From the NCBI GenBank assembly GCA_020851855.1, contig JADZBY010000435.1, positions 1,095 to 65,094 of the forward strand: a stretch of DNA of 64,000 bases. The letters run 5' to 3'. Positions within the stretch are counted from its first letter, which is position 1. Every line of letters begins with the position of its first letter. This document shows positions 44,812 through 56,352 of this stretch, in pieces. The notes below the pieces were generated by a model. That model was not told the DNA's origin, made no database searches, and was given only the letters and a program-made list of their open reading frames with translations. Both the position numbers and the translations under genes were made by a program. Source of the DNA: Anaerolineae bacterium. Lineage in GTDB: Bacteria; Chloroflexota; Anaerolineae; Aggregatilineales; UBA2796.

Positions 44812-45620
44812 AAGTGAAATACTACAACTGGTCAGGTATCACCCTCGCGCATGGCGACACGCTGGTCGGCTTTGACCTGTTCGGCGACGCGGTGACATGG
44901 GAAACGCTCAAAGGCTATCAGACGATTATTCTGTGTCTGACTCACGGGCACCCTGAGCATGCCGGGTCGTTGCGCAGCTTGCTGGAATCGCCTGAGGCGC
45001 AGGGCTACCGCGAGCGCATTCACCTGGTCTCGTCACCAGCGGTGACGAAGCACGTCAACCGATCCGCATACGTGCCGACGCAAAATGTCCACAGCGTGCA
45101 AGACCGAGAATGCGTCACCGTAGCAGGCGCCACTATCACTGCGTTCACCTGGGTGCATATGCCACTTCTGCCGCCAGGCCTGCGGCCAAAGGTCTCCTAC
45201 GTCTTGCAGTTGTTGGCTCACCCGGTTAACCTCGCAAAAATCGCCGTGCAGGGTCTGCGCTTGCCGATGAATGCACCGCAGTTGGGCTTTCACATTGCCT
45301 TTCCCGACGGCGCGACGGCGTTGAACTACTCCGAGGGCGTTCACCGCCTGACGAAGGCAGCCGAGGTGGCCCGGGTTGCCAGGGATCTGCCAGCCGGTGC
45401 TCTCTTCTTTGCCGTCGAGCCGGATGATGTGGGGGCCATCCCACGCTGGGTAGAGACTCTTGGACCAAAGAGTGTGTATCTCTACGAGGCCCATCGACCG
45501 TGGCGCGACCTGTTTCACCTGCCGTTTGTGGATCTCACATCGTATGCCTGCGAGCTGGCAGAGCGCTTTCCCGACATCACCTTTACCGCGCTGACAGAGA
45601 TCGGCCAGGTGGCAGAGTAA
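44808..45620 (+). CDS. MBL-fold metallo-hydrolase
   Basis: Contains LCLTHGHPEHAGS (an HxHxxH-type motif). Its start overlaps the rSAM stop. Confidence 0.7.
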   Translation: MKVKYYNWSGITLAHGDTLVGFDLFGDAVTWETLKGYQTIILCLTHGHPEHAGSLRSLLESPEAQGYRERIHLVSSPAVTKHVNRSAYVPTQNVHSVQDRECVTVAGATITAFTWVHMPLLPPGLRPKVSYVLQLLAHPVNLAKIAVQGLRLPMNAPQLGFHIAFPDGATALNYSEGVHRLTKAAEVARVARDLPAGALFFAVEPDDVGAIPRWVETLGPKSVYLYEAHRPWRDLFHLPFVDLTSYACELAERFPDITFTALTEIGQVAE

Positions 45621-45717
45621 GCCAGGCACGGCCCTTGCTGTACACACCGTATGAGGACTTTCTACATTCCGTATCTTCGTTAGCGCCCGGGAGACCATGT
45701 AACAAGAGGGCGGCAGA

Positions 45718-47373
45718 ATGAAACATCCAACTCGCGCTATTTGTTGTGTGGCGCTAGCGCTGCTCCTGGCCGAGCCAGCTCTCTCGGCCCAGACGACAGA
45801 GCCTTCTGTCTACTTCGTGCGTCCTGATGGTGGTAGCGCCGAGCAATGTGCTGGACTGGCGGACGCAGCCTACCCGGGTGAGGGCACTGAGCAGCCCTGC
45901 GCCTGGAATCATCCCTTCGTTGCGCTGCCGCCGGGCGGCGCCCCTCGTATCGCAGGGGGCGATACGCTGCTCATCGCTAACGGCGACTACAAGATGGGCT
46001 ATGGCGCTCCCGGGACAGAGGCTTGTGACGAGGCGGGCTCCTTTGACTGTGTGATGCCGCCTATTCCGAGCGGCCCACGTCCTGATCAGCCGACACGCAT
46101 CCTTGGTTCTGGCTGGGACATTGGTTGCGCCGTGCCGCCCGAGTTGTGGGGGACCGGCCGCCCCTGGTTCATCCTTAACCTGACCGATTCATCGAACGTC
46201 GAGCTTGCCTGCCTGGAAATCACCGACCACTCTGAATGCGTAGAGAACCATAGCGGCGGGCTGGCCTGCGAGCGCGACACCCTGCCTTACGGCGACTGGG
46301 CCTCCTACGGCCTCTATGCAGAAGACTCGTCGAACGTGCACCTGTGGAACCTCAACATCCACGGCCTAGCTGCCGGCGGTGTGCACGCCGGGCGATTGTC
46401 AGATTGGACCGTTGAGGACGTGCGCATTGCGGGTAACGGCTCAGTCGGCTGGGATGGTGATCTCTGGGACGAGAGTGGGGATGCGAATACCGGCCAACTC
46501 ATCTTCCGGCACTGGATTGTCGAGTGGAACGGCTGCGGCGAGACCTACCCGGGCGGCGAGCCGGTTGGCTGCTGGGGTCAGGAAGCGGGCGGTTATGGCG
46601 ATGGTGTGGGCACCGGCGAGACCGGCGGCGATTGGATCATCGAGGATTCGGCTTTCCTCCACAACACCTCGGACGGCCTTGACCTCCTGTACCATTCGTT
46701 GGGAGGGACTATCAGGCTTGACCGGGTGCATGCCGAAGGCAACGCCGGAAATCAGGTCAAGGTGACAGGTCAGACGACCATCACCAACAGCCTTATGGTC
46801 GGCAACTGCGCCTTCTTCGAAGATCAGCCATTCACCTACTTGGTCGATCACTGCCGAGCACTCGGCAGCACGCTGCTGATGGCCTATACGGGTAGCGAGC
46901 AGATGACCATACTGAGCTCAACCTTCTACGGTCAAGGGGATGGCCTGATCGGCGCCGTCGCGCGTGAAGGCTTTCAGTGTAATGGCAGCGAAACCCTCCG
47001 CGCTCGCAACAGCATCTTCCTGGGTGATGCGGACTATTTTGATGCCTCCGACATCACCTTCTTCTTCTACCAGGAGGGCTGCGGGCAACTTAAGCTGGAC
47101 TCTGATTACAACATCGCTTCGGGCGTCAAGAACGTCGAGTGCTCAACCGACGGGGACTATACGCTGTCCGGCAGCCACGACCTGTGCCAGGACCCGTACT
47201 TCACCGGTCCGCTCTCCGGCTCGGCCTACGGGATGACCCTGGCGCCAGGTAGCCCTGGCATCGATTCCGCTGACGATAGGATTTGTCCGCCACTGGACCT
47301 GCTCGGCGATCCTCGCCCGGCAGACGGAGACGCTGACGGGGTTGTCGGCTGCGACCGAGGTGCATACGAGTGA
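45718..47373 (+). CDS. secreted right-handed parallel beta-helix repeat protein
   Basis: It has a signal peptide (AICCVALALLLAEPALSAQT). Repeated ...NV.L.N..I.G... beta-helix rungs follow. The C-terminus reads DGDADGVVGCDRGAYE. Confidence 0.75.
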   Translation: MKHPTRAICCVALALLLAEPALSAQTTEPSVYFVRPDGGSAEQCAGLADAAYPGEGTEQPCAWNHPFVALPPGGAPRIAGGDTLLIANGDYKMGYGAPGTEACDEAGSFDCVMPPIPSGPRPDQPTRILGSGWDIGCAVPPELWGTGRPWFILNLTDSSNVELACLEITDHSECVENHSGGLACERDTLPYGDWASYGLYAEDSSNVHLWNLNIHGLAAGGVHAGRLSDWTVEDVRIAGNGSVGWDGDLWDESGDANTGQLIFRHWIVEWNGCGETYPGGEPVGCWGQEAGGYGDGVGTGETGGDWIIEDSAFLHNTSDGLDLLYHSLGGTIRLDRVHAEGNAGNQVKVTGQTTITNSLMVGNCAFFEDQPFTYLVDHCRALGSTLLMAYTGSEQMTILSSTFYGQGDGLIGAVAREGFQCNGSETLRARNSIFLGDADYFDASDITFFFYQEGCGQLKLDSDYNIASGVKNVECSTDGDYTLSGSHDLCQDPYFTGPLSGSAYGMTLAPGSPGIDSADDRICPPLDLLGDPRPADGDADGVVGCDRGAYE

Positions 47374-47636
47374 CGTACAAGCGACCGAACATCAGGGCGG
47401 CGCCGGGCTAAGGTCCGAAGCCGGAGTCGTGAGTACGTCCAGGCGGACGAGTAGGTCGGAAGCGCAGCTCCTTTTGCTAGACTTGGCGGTTTGCTAAGCT
47501 TAGCCAAATCGGTGCAGGACTGCCAGACGCTTCGTTATCCGAAGGGCGCTCCGGATCGTGGCTAGATGAGACCGTATCTGTAAGCTAGTGCGGCTAAAAT
47601 CGGCCAGATGCCGTGAGATAAATAAGGCATAGCCTC

Positions 47637-50162
47637 ATGGTAGCTTATCCTGCGGCACAAACAACATGTTTCGTTGGCAGAAGCACTGAGCTAGACGATC
47701 TTGCTGGATTGATGAAGAATCCGCTCTGCCGCTTGCTCACGGTACTTGGCCCCGGCGGGATCGGCAAGACGCGAATTGTGCAGGAGTTCGCCGCTAAGCA
47801 TCATGCGCTGTTTTCGGATGGCGTATACATCGCCTATTTTCAGGCGGTGGCTTCCCCGGATTCCATTGTGCCAACTATCGCGGAAGCGCTCGATCTGCGA
47901 TTTCAGCCAGGCGAGGATCTGCAAGTGCAACTTGTTAGTTATCTCCGCGGCAGATCTTTACTACTGGTGCTCGACAATTTCGAACATTTGCTGGATGGCG
48001 TGTCGATTGTCGGCGACATCTTGGCGTCGACATGCGCGGTTAGGCTGCTGATAACCTCCCGCGAACGACTGAACTTGCGAGAAGAATGGGTCTATGAGAT
48101 ACACGGCTTGGATTATCCGATAAACGACACCGTCTCAGACATCGAACGCTTTGCCGCGGTGCAGCTATTCGTCCATAGTGCCCGTCGCATATATCCCGGT
48201 TTTCGCCTGACACAGCCTCATAAGTCGCCCATCGCGCGCATTTGTCGCATAGTGGGCGGGATACCTTTGGGGATTGAATTAGCCTCGGCTTGGACACGGA
48301 CGCTGCCCTGTGACGAGATCGCTCGTGAAATTGAACGCAGCCTCGACATCCTGGAATCATCGGCCCGCAATGTGCTGCCCCGCCACCGAAATATGCGTGC
48401 AGCATTTGAACCCACGTGGAATCGCCTGTCGGAAGATGAGCGCAGCGTGTTCACGAAACTGTCAGTATTTCGTGGTGGTTGTACTCGTGAGGCTGCCGAA
48501 TACGTAGCTGGGGCGACACTGCGCACCCTGTCGACGCTGGTAGATAAATCCCTGCTGCGGTTGGATGCAAATGGGCAACGTTATAGCATCCACGAACTGC
48601 TGCGGCAGTACGGCGAGGAGAGACTCTGTTCAGCCTCCAATGCCCAGAACGAGACGCTCGACCGACATTGCGCCTATTATATGCGCCTTCTTGGCGAACA
48701 AGAGAACCATATCATTTTTCTGGGACGGCAGAAAGAAGCCATCGAAAAGATCGACAACGATCTGGAAAACGTGCGTGTCGCCTGGCGGCGGGCAGTCACG
48801 CAGGGCCGCCTTGAGGAGATCTCCCAGGCCGCCGAGGGGCTGTGGAGTTTCTATTGAATGCGAGGGCTGCACCAGGAGGGTGTAGATTTTTTCCACTGGT
48901 CAGTGGAGTGCCTTCGCAAAAACGCTCCTGGAACCGAGGAAGATCGCCAGCGAGTCGTGGCCATATGCCTGGTGGCGCAGGGGCAGTGCTTGCTGTCTCT
49001 GTCTAGAAAGCGCGCACGCGTTCTCGCCGACGAAAGCCTCGCCATGCTACGTCCCCTACCGGCCGAGAGAGCAACCATCATAGCTCTCAAGCTGGCAGAG
49101 GCCTTTGCCACCGATGATTCGGAACGGATGCGGCTCGCGCGGGAAGCACTTGACATCGCTAGAACGAGTGAGTCCGGGTGGTGGCTTCCGAAGTGCCTCA
49201 TGGATCTGGGGTATCTGGCGATGGACCGCGGCGACTACGTCGACGTGAAGAACCTGGTGTGCGAGGCCCGCTCCCTCTATCAGACAACAGGCAACCCTGG
49301 GCTGGATGTACAGGCCCTGCTGATGCTGAGTGAGGCGGCGATGTTTCAAGGCAGCTACGATGAGGCGCGGCAAGTCGCGCAAGAGTGCCTGGCGGTCGCC
49401 CAAGACTTGGGTTATAGCGCCGCCGTATGGTGGTCGCACGAGCGGGCCGGCCACGCAGCGCTGCTACAGGGAGATTACCTTGCCGCGCAGACACATTATC
49501 AGACGGCACTGACTGTATGTGAAGATCTGGGTGACCAACAGGGCGTTGCCTTTCAACACAGCGGCCTGGGTTTCGCGGCCTGTGGCTTAAGGAATGACGC
49601 GGAGGCTCGTTCCCATTTCTTCGAAGCGCTCCAACTTGCCCAAAGGTTCGAAAACGTCGACCTGATTGCGGATATCATTGGTGGGATGGGTTGGCTTGTG
49701 GCAAACGTCGGCGACATGGAAGGCGCCCTGCGACACGCTGCCTTCGCGCTAAATCACCCTGCCAGCAATCGGTTCGCACGAATTCGTTTGACCAGTGTAT
49801 TCCAGATGGCAGAAAAGGCGCTTCCACCAGAAGCATTTGAAGCAGCAGTGGAACAGGGCAAAGCGTTTGATTTTGATCACGCAGTTCAGACGTTGCTCGC
49901 CGAATTGAGTCGACCATTGCTACATAACGCCGTCTCTGTCGCCGCCACCCATGCACCCCAGAACTTGTTTGACCCACTCACTGAACGCGAGTTGGAGGTG
50001 TTACGGCTGATTGCCGATGGGCTATCCAATTACGACGTCGCCATACAGCTCTTTGTCGGCATGAGCACAGTAAAGACGCATGTGAACCGAATCTTTAGCA
50101 AACTGAGTGTGAAGAACCGGACGCATGCCGTTGCACGCGCACGGGAATTGCGCTTGCTGTAA
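47637..50162 (+). pseudogene. NB-ARC/TPR regulator with C-terminal LuxR-type HTH, interrupted by a single in-frame TGA
   Basis: ORFs 47637..48857 and 48858..50162 share one frame and are separated only by TGA at 48855-48857. The junction AAEGLWSFY*MRGLHQEGVDFF aligns with ALRSLGWLCHIGVLYQEGIDEI of the 36085 paralog. It has the P-loop DPLCRLLTVLGPGGIGKTRI and the C-terminal HTH LTERELEVLRLIADGLSNYDVAIQLFVGMSTVKTHVNRIFSKL. Confidence 0.75.
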
Positions 50163-50197
50163 TCGCCTTGGGAGCAGCATTCGGCATCGTACAGCTG

Positions 50198-50221
50198 GGG
50201 GAGCATCGTCAGATGCTCCCC
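50198..50221. terminator. hairpin between convergent genes (possible bidirectional terminator)
   Basis: A perfect 10-bp stem, GGGGAGCATC (50198-50207) pairing with GATGCTCCCC (50212-50221), with a 4-nt loop. There is no clear T-run. Confidence 0.4.
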
Positions 50222-50246
50222 ACCTCGGTGTATCGTAGGGTGAGGA

Positions 50247-50573
50247 TCAGGCGCGGGTTCCTTCCCGAATGGGTCCGCGTGTTACGAGCGTAAGGGCTTC
50301 GATGGTATCGAACACCTTTACACTGACATCGGTCAAAGCCGGGTTGCTTCCTACCGAAGCCACGATTGGACCATCCAGAAACGCCTGCAATGATGCTTCG
50401 TCGTCGAAGAGATATACTCCGCCAGCTTCGTGCGCGGCTCCGTTCATGAGCCAGATTTTCCAGCGGAGGCCAGGCGTATCCGCAATGGGTTGAGCCGCAG
50501 GCGCGAATGCCTGTTCAAGCTCGGTCTGAGGTACATTGAACTTGAAATTGATCTGCAGGATTTTCAGGGACAT
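50247..50573 (-). CDS. YdhR-like dimeric alpha-beta-barrel (putative monooxygenase) protein
   Basis: ATG 50573 is preceded by AAGGAG. Contains MSLKILQINFKFNV...GLRWKIWLMN...GGVYLFDDEASLQAFLDGPI. Confidence 0.65.
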   Translation of the reverse strand: MSLKILQINFKFNVPQTELEQAFAPAAQPIADTPGLRWKIWLMNGAAHEAGGVYLFDDEASLQAFLDGPIVASVGSNPALTDVSVKVFDTIEALTLVTRGPIREGTRA

Positions 50574-50718
50574 GGTGGATTCTCCTTTCATCGGTTTGTG
50601 AGTGTCAGTGTAAGTAGGGATCGTCCCAAAAACGTTCCAAATGGTGTCTCGCGATTATCCTGCGCACTGTACATGGTCAGAGAATCCGGGCGTGCAGTTC
50701 TTTCGACGGTAGGAAACG

Positions 50719-53700
50719 TTGTCCCATCTCGAGCTGTTTGTACTTGGAACGCCCTATATTCAGCGCGACGGCCTTCCTGTGAAGTTCGAGCGCCGACACG
50801 CCATGGCGTTGTTCGTGTATCTGGCGGTTACAGGTACTCGGCACGGGCGCGATACGCTAGCCGCGCTGTTCTGGCCTGAAGATGATGAAGCACACGCCCG
50901 CGCCGCGCTACGGCGGATGGTGAGCTCCATCAATAAGTCCATTCCCAACGTGGTCAGCGCCAACCGGGAGACAATCGGTCTGGGTCGTGATGGCGATTCG
51001 ACGCTCTGGGTGGATGCCCATCACTTCCATAATTCCCTGGAAGCGTCTCGAAAACATGATCACCGCGAAACCGAAGTCTGTGCAGCCTGCCTGAAAACAC
51101 TGACTGAGACTATCGCGCTGTATCGGAGCGACTTCCTGGCTGGTTTTACGCTGCGTAATACGCCCACCTTCGACGAATGGCAACTCTTCCAAACAGAAAC
51201 GTTACGGCATGGGTTGGTCGGCGCGTTGGAGCGGTTGGTGCGTGGTCACAGCGACCGGCATGAGTTTGAACCGGCCATCAGTTATGCCCGTCGCTGGCTG
51301 GCGGTAGATCCACTCGATGAAGCAGCCCATCGCTCTCTGATAGCCTTGTACGCCGGGGTAGGCCAGCGTCAAGCGGCGCTGCGCCAGTATGCCGAATGCG
51401 TGCGACTCCTGGAACGTGAACTGGACATTCCTCCACAGCCAGCGACAATGCAACTTTTCGAGGACATTAAAGAAAACAAACACATGGTGCTGAGAGCACC
51501 AATTGGCCTTCCTTCACGGCCTGGCACAGATAGGCGAGAGTGGTCTCCCACCGGCACGATGGGTCCCACAGGAATGACGCATGCTGTCCTACCATTCGCA
51601 CTCCTTGACCGGATTATGCGCGGTCAACTCGTAGGCCGCGAACAAGAGGCAGCCGAGATAAACGTGCTCTGGGACCGTGCCGTCTCCGGCGCAGGACAGG
51701 TACTGCTCATCAGCGGTGAGGCGGGAATCGGCAAAACGCGGCTGGTTCGCGAAGTGGCGTCTCTGGCAGAAACTACACGCGCCCGAGTCCTGATCGGCCG
51801 GTGTGATCCTGAGGGAAGCGCCCCTTATGCTCCCATCTCTCAGGTGATTCGGGCTGACTTTGACCAAGGTGTTGATGGTGCACAGCTGCCGCCGGACTAC
51901 ATCCTGGCTGACCTTATCGCCTTTGCGCCCCAACTAGACCAACGCTTCCCGGAGATTCCGCCCAATCCACCGCTTGATCCGCATGTCGAGCGTGAGCGCA
52001 TGTTCGACAACTTCGTTTCCTGGTGCGAGTGGGCGACGGCGCATATACCAATGTTGTTAGTCATTGAGGATCTGCATTGGGCCGATGCCAGCACGTTATC
52101 GTTGTTACGCTACCTTGCTCGTCACGTGCATAACGTCAAGCTGCTCCTGGTCATGACGTATCGTGATACAGAGATCGAACTGATAGAGGCCCATCACCTG
52201 AAGAACGCTGTACTCGATCTTAACCGCGATCGGCTTGCCACGTTCATGAGCTTGCCGTGCCTTAGCCGAGAACAGACCCATGACCTGCTGGCGACCCTGT
52301 TAGGAACAGAAGTGGGTGTAACAATGGAATTGCTCGACCGCATCTATCATGAAACGGAGGGCAATCCATTCTTCACGGAGGAAGTCTGCAAATCCCTGAT
52401 TGAAGAGGGCAAGCTCTATTTTACGGGCGGTTATTGGCGACGATCTGACATCGAAGACATAGTGATTCCGCAAAGTGTCAGAGCAGCGATCCTATCTCGT
52501 GTGGAGAAACTACCCGCTGCTGTTCAGGATGTGCTGCGAATGGCAGCGATCCTTGGACGAGAGTTCGATTTTGCGACCTTACAGGCGATGAGCGAATGCG
52601 ACGAGGAGACGCTAACCGCGACACTTGAGCATGCTGAACGAGTGCAACTCCTTACTGAGACTCAGCAGGCGGGCCGTATCCAGCTTGTATTCGCTCATGG
52701 CCTGATCCCATTTGCCTTGCGGGAAAGCCTGAGCGGGCTTCGCCGCCAGCGCTTGCACCGGCGAGCTGCAATCGTCATTGAGCGTCAGCGCCCCGATGAT
52801 CTGGAAGTATTGGCCCATCACTTCTTGACAGCCGGCGAACGTGATAAAGCATTGGAATACTCCTACCGAGCCGCGCGGCGGGCTGAAGCCATCTACGCCT
52901 ATCAGGAAGCGCTATTCCATTTTCAGAATGCGCTGCGGCTGGTAGAAGATGGCATACGAGGCGGTCTGCCACGAGAAATCCTTGAGCGTTTGGGTGATGT
53001 ATATGCGCTGATGGGCGAGCATGTACAGGCAATTCCCATCTATCAGAAGGCGATGGAAGAAGGGGAAAGACCGGACGAGGCAGACCCGATGGCGCTTGTG
53101 CGACTGCATCGTAAGCTCATACAGACGTTTGCCGGGCTCAGAGACTACGCTGATGTACAGCGTAACAGGGCAGCGCGACAGTCCAGCGTGGATACCGGTT
53201 TGCAGCTCATCCAGAACACACCCCACCCGCAATCCGTGCTGTTCTTAGCGACATTGGCTCGCGAAGGCCGCTTCGCCGAGTCCGAACCGAACTGGCAAGC
53301 TATCGAGCACTACGCCCAAACCGCTATCACCATGGCAGAGAAACTGGATTCATCCACCATTCTGGCATCTGCGCTGGGGGCGCTCATGGATGTCTATCGT
53401 GAACGCGGCTTGTGGCGAGAGCGAGTAACGGTTGCACACCGTCGCCTGGCCCTGGTTGATGATCCGCGTTTCGACAACTTACGTGATCGCGCGGACATTC
53501 TGAATGAGACTGGTGAGGCGCTCTTGCGAGTCGGGGAGGCTGTTCAAGCCATATCTTTCTTGCTTGAGGCTGAGAGAATTGGCGAGCAAATTCGTTCTGT
53601 TCATCCCCAGTTCTACTCGTTGCAGCTCCAAGGAGAATGTTTCTTCGAGCTCGATCGTTGGGATGAGATGCTTCAGATCGAGGCAAGATGGGAAGCGCTT

Positions 53701-54387
53701 CAACAGCGCTATCCGCACCAGCAGATCGGCAGAATCTGTTTCTACTGTGGTGTAAGCAGTAGTGTTCATTCATTGCGCGGTGAGGTAGAGAAGGCAAGGG
53801 CGAAACGGGATGAAGCTGTGAACATGATGACTAGAGCCTCGGGAAAACCTGTCGAAGAATGGACCGCCGCACCCTACTACTACTGACTGAGCAAGATGCT
53901 GCAAGCAGAGGGCGAGTTCGCCCTTGTGACCCAATACATGGAGAAGGCTCTTCATTCTCCACTGTGGTTTTGGGGAAAGTTCAACCTCTATGCCTTACTG
54001 ATCGACACAGCCGCGCAGCAGCGCGACCTATTAGCGCTGCGCCAGTATATGGTGCCAGCAGAAGAAAGCGCGCTGCAAAACGATCACCACTTGTATATCG
54101 GCGTTGCCTACCGCGCCAAGGGCGTCATGTATCGGCTGATGAGCGACTATCGAGAGGCCGAATTGTGGCTGACGAAGGCACTCGAAGTCTTTGAGAAGTT
54201 GCAGACGCGCTGGCAAATTGGGCGCACTTTCTACGAGCTCGGCGAACTGGCTCATCTGCAGGACAATACACTTGCCGCATACGGTCACTATTCCAGGGCG
54301 CTGGCGAGTTTTGAGGCTCTTGGCGCAGTGCCAGACGCAAAGCGAACTCGAATCGCATTAGGCACGCTGAACATCACTGCTCAATGA
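50719..54387 (+). pseudogene. SARP/AfsR-type regulator (winged-helix DNA-binding domain + BTAD + AAA ATPase + TPR) interrupted by a single in-frame TGA
   Basis: ORFs 50719..53886 and 53896..54387 share one frame. The only stop is TGA at 53884-53886, giving ...EEWTAAPYYY*LSKMLQAEGEF.... The downstream part continues the TPR-like repeats. The BTAD region reads LYRSDFLAGF...DEAAHRSLIALYAGVGQRQAALRQY and the Walker A motif is ISGEAGIGKTRL. Confidence 0.75.
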
Positions 54388-54631
54388 TCAGGCGGTTCTC
54401 GACGCCGCTCGCCATAGATCGCAACCCCAACCTCCACCTCACCTCCACCCAAACATCAATCGAAAGTTTGACGACTGAGACTCAGTGTGTCTGTACTCTG
54501 AACAAGTAAGCTCTGCCGCACCTACCAAAACGGCATACGACCACAATGCTCCTTGGAACGATTATGGGACGGTCTTTTCCTAGACTGAATCTGCAGGGAG
54601 GCCTTTGTTCCCATATAGAAAGGACACAAAA

Positions 54632-55207
54632 GTGCTGTTGACTAGAGCCTCCAAGATCGTACTCATCTTAGTCGCCGTCGGCCTGGCAGTGCCGATTGTC
54701 ACTGCACAGGATGATCCGGCGACTCGAGCGAAGATTGAGAATGCCATGAGCGCGGCCCCTGCGGCTATCGCTCAAGACGCAACCATCCTGGATTGGGACT
54801 TCAACGACGATGGGAAATTCGTCGTCCTGCGCGAAGGCACGAATGGCTGGGCCTGCCTGCCGGATGATCCAGCCACACCGATCAACAACCCAATCTGCCT
54901 CGACGTGGTGTTCATGGAGTGGCTCTATGCGTTCCTTGGCGGAGTTGAGCCGAATGTGACTGCCCCAGGATTTGTCTATACGCTCCAGGGGGAACAAGTC
55001 TTCAGCAACAGTGATCCCTATGCAGCGGAGCCAGCGGCGGATCAATGGATGACTTCGGCCCCTTACATGTCGATTGTGCTGCCCGCAATGGTGGATCTGA
55101 GCGGCATCACGACGGACGAACACTCTGATGGCCCCTTCGTCATGTGGGCAGGTACACCATATCAGCACCTCATGGTGCCGGTGGGGGACGCGGAGGAAGA
55201 CCAATAA
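54632..55207 (+). CDS. secreted hypothetical protein
   Basis: From ORF 54605..55207. GTG 54632 follows AAAGGA. It has a signal peptide (LLTRASKIVLILVAVGLAVPIVTAQ). No recognisable domain. Confidence 0.6.
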   Translation: MLLTRASKIVLILVAVGLAVPIVTAQDDPATRAKIENAMSAAPAAIAQDATILDWDFNDDGKFVVLREGTNGWACLPDDPATPINNPICLDVVFMEWLYAFLGGVEPNVTAPGFVYTLQGEQVFSNSDPYAAEPAADQWMTSAPYMSIVLPAMVDLSGITTDEHSDGPFVMWAGTPYQHLMVPVGDAEEDQ

Positions 55208-55297
55208 GATACGCCAGAATGGCTCTGACACATAACTAACAGCCTAAGGCACCGGCAATGAGATGGGCAACAGGTAGATGAAACATAGGAGGTAACC

Positions 55298-56167
55298 ATG
55301 TCAGGCTACGCGCATCCCGAAATGCTTGTAAGTACACAGTGGGCTGCTGACCATCTGAACGACCCGAAGGTGCGCTTTGTCGAGGTCGGATTTAGCTCCG
55401 CCGCCTACGACTCCGGGCATATACCGGGGGCAGTGTATTGGGCCTGGAATGGGAACGTCTTGCAGGTAGGCAGCCGCGATATCCTGGATTCGGCAGGTCT
55501 GGAAACACAGCTTTCACGTGCTGGAATCGCTCAGAATACAGCAGTCGTATTGTACGATGGCTTCAGCAATCTGCTGGCGGCAATGGGATTGTGGATGCTC
55601 AAAATATACGGTCATCCAGACGTGCGCCTGTTGGATGGCGAACGAACCAAATGGGCAGACGAAGGTCGTCCGCTGACGGCGGATCTGCCAGCCGTTAGGC
55701 TAGTCGAATACAAAGCCAAAAAGCCGGACTGGACACTGCGAGCGCACCGTGACCTTGTTCTGGAGGGAATTGGTGACCCAAAGCGGGTGCTGGTGGATGC
55801 GCGCACTGCGGCGATGTACAGCGGCGAAGACTCGATGGGTGGAAGCGTTGGCGGTCATATCCCTGGCGCGATCAATGTGCCAGCGGTGATGGAAACGGAT
55901 AATGGTCAGTTTCGGCGCTGGGTTACGCCCACCACGAATGACGATGGGACTTTCAAGCCTGTCGACGAACTGCGTGCCTTATTTAGCGGCAAAGGCATTA
56001 CCCCCGACAAAGAAGTGCTCACTTACTGCGTGCGGGGTGGACTGTCCACTCATATGTGGTTCGTGCTGAAATTCCTGCTTGGCTATCCCATAGTGCGTGA
56101 ATATGATGGTTCCTGGTGCGAATGGGGAAATCTCATTGGTGTACCAGTCGAGCGAGTCGAAGTCTAG
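55298..56167 (+). CDS. two-domain rhodanese sulfurtransferase (thiosulfate/3-mercaptopyruvate sulfurtransferase-like)
   Basis: GGAGG precedes the ATG. The N-terminal inactive domain contains HIPGAVYW. The C-terminal catalytic loop reads YCVRGGLSTHMWF, followed by YDGSWCEWG. Confidence 0.8.
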   Translation: MSGYAHPEMLVSTQWAADHLNDPKVRFVEVGFSSAAYDSGHIPGAVYWAWNGNVLQVGSRDILDSAGLETQLSRAGIAQNTAVVLYDGFSNLLAAMGLWMLKIYGHPDVRLLDGERTKWADEGRPLTADLPAVRLVEYKAKKPDWTLRAHRDLVLEGIGDPKRVLVDARTAAMYSGEDSMGGSVGGHIPGAINVPAVMETDNGQFRRWVTPTTNDDGTFKPVDELRALFSGKGITPDKEVLTYCVRGGLSTHMWFVLKFLLGYPIVREYDGSWCEWGNLIGVPVERVEV

Positions 56168-56352
56168 TGCGTATGTGAGGGTTTGGCAGCAAGATAGTTG
56201 AGCAGACGGCGGATGTGGCCCAGGTAGACCAGCGCCACACTGCTGCCGTGCAGCGTACGATCACCCGGGGCGAGGCAGGAGCTGGAAGCGCGCGTCAGCA
56301 ATAAGGCCGACGCTCTCCCAGCCAACTCAAACTCTGCTCACACGGCACCTGG

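Noticed and set aside
12831-54387. Stop-codon recoding (pyrrolysine at TAG, selenocysteine or Trp/Gly at TGA) as the explanation for the in-frame stops
   Set aside because: TGA and TAG terminate many strongly supported genes in this window, including the ATGA-coupled kds genes. No pyl genes or SECIS-like hairpin were seen next to the stops. The host genes are regulators, a methyltransferase and a transposase, which are not known Pyl or Sec proteins.
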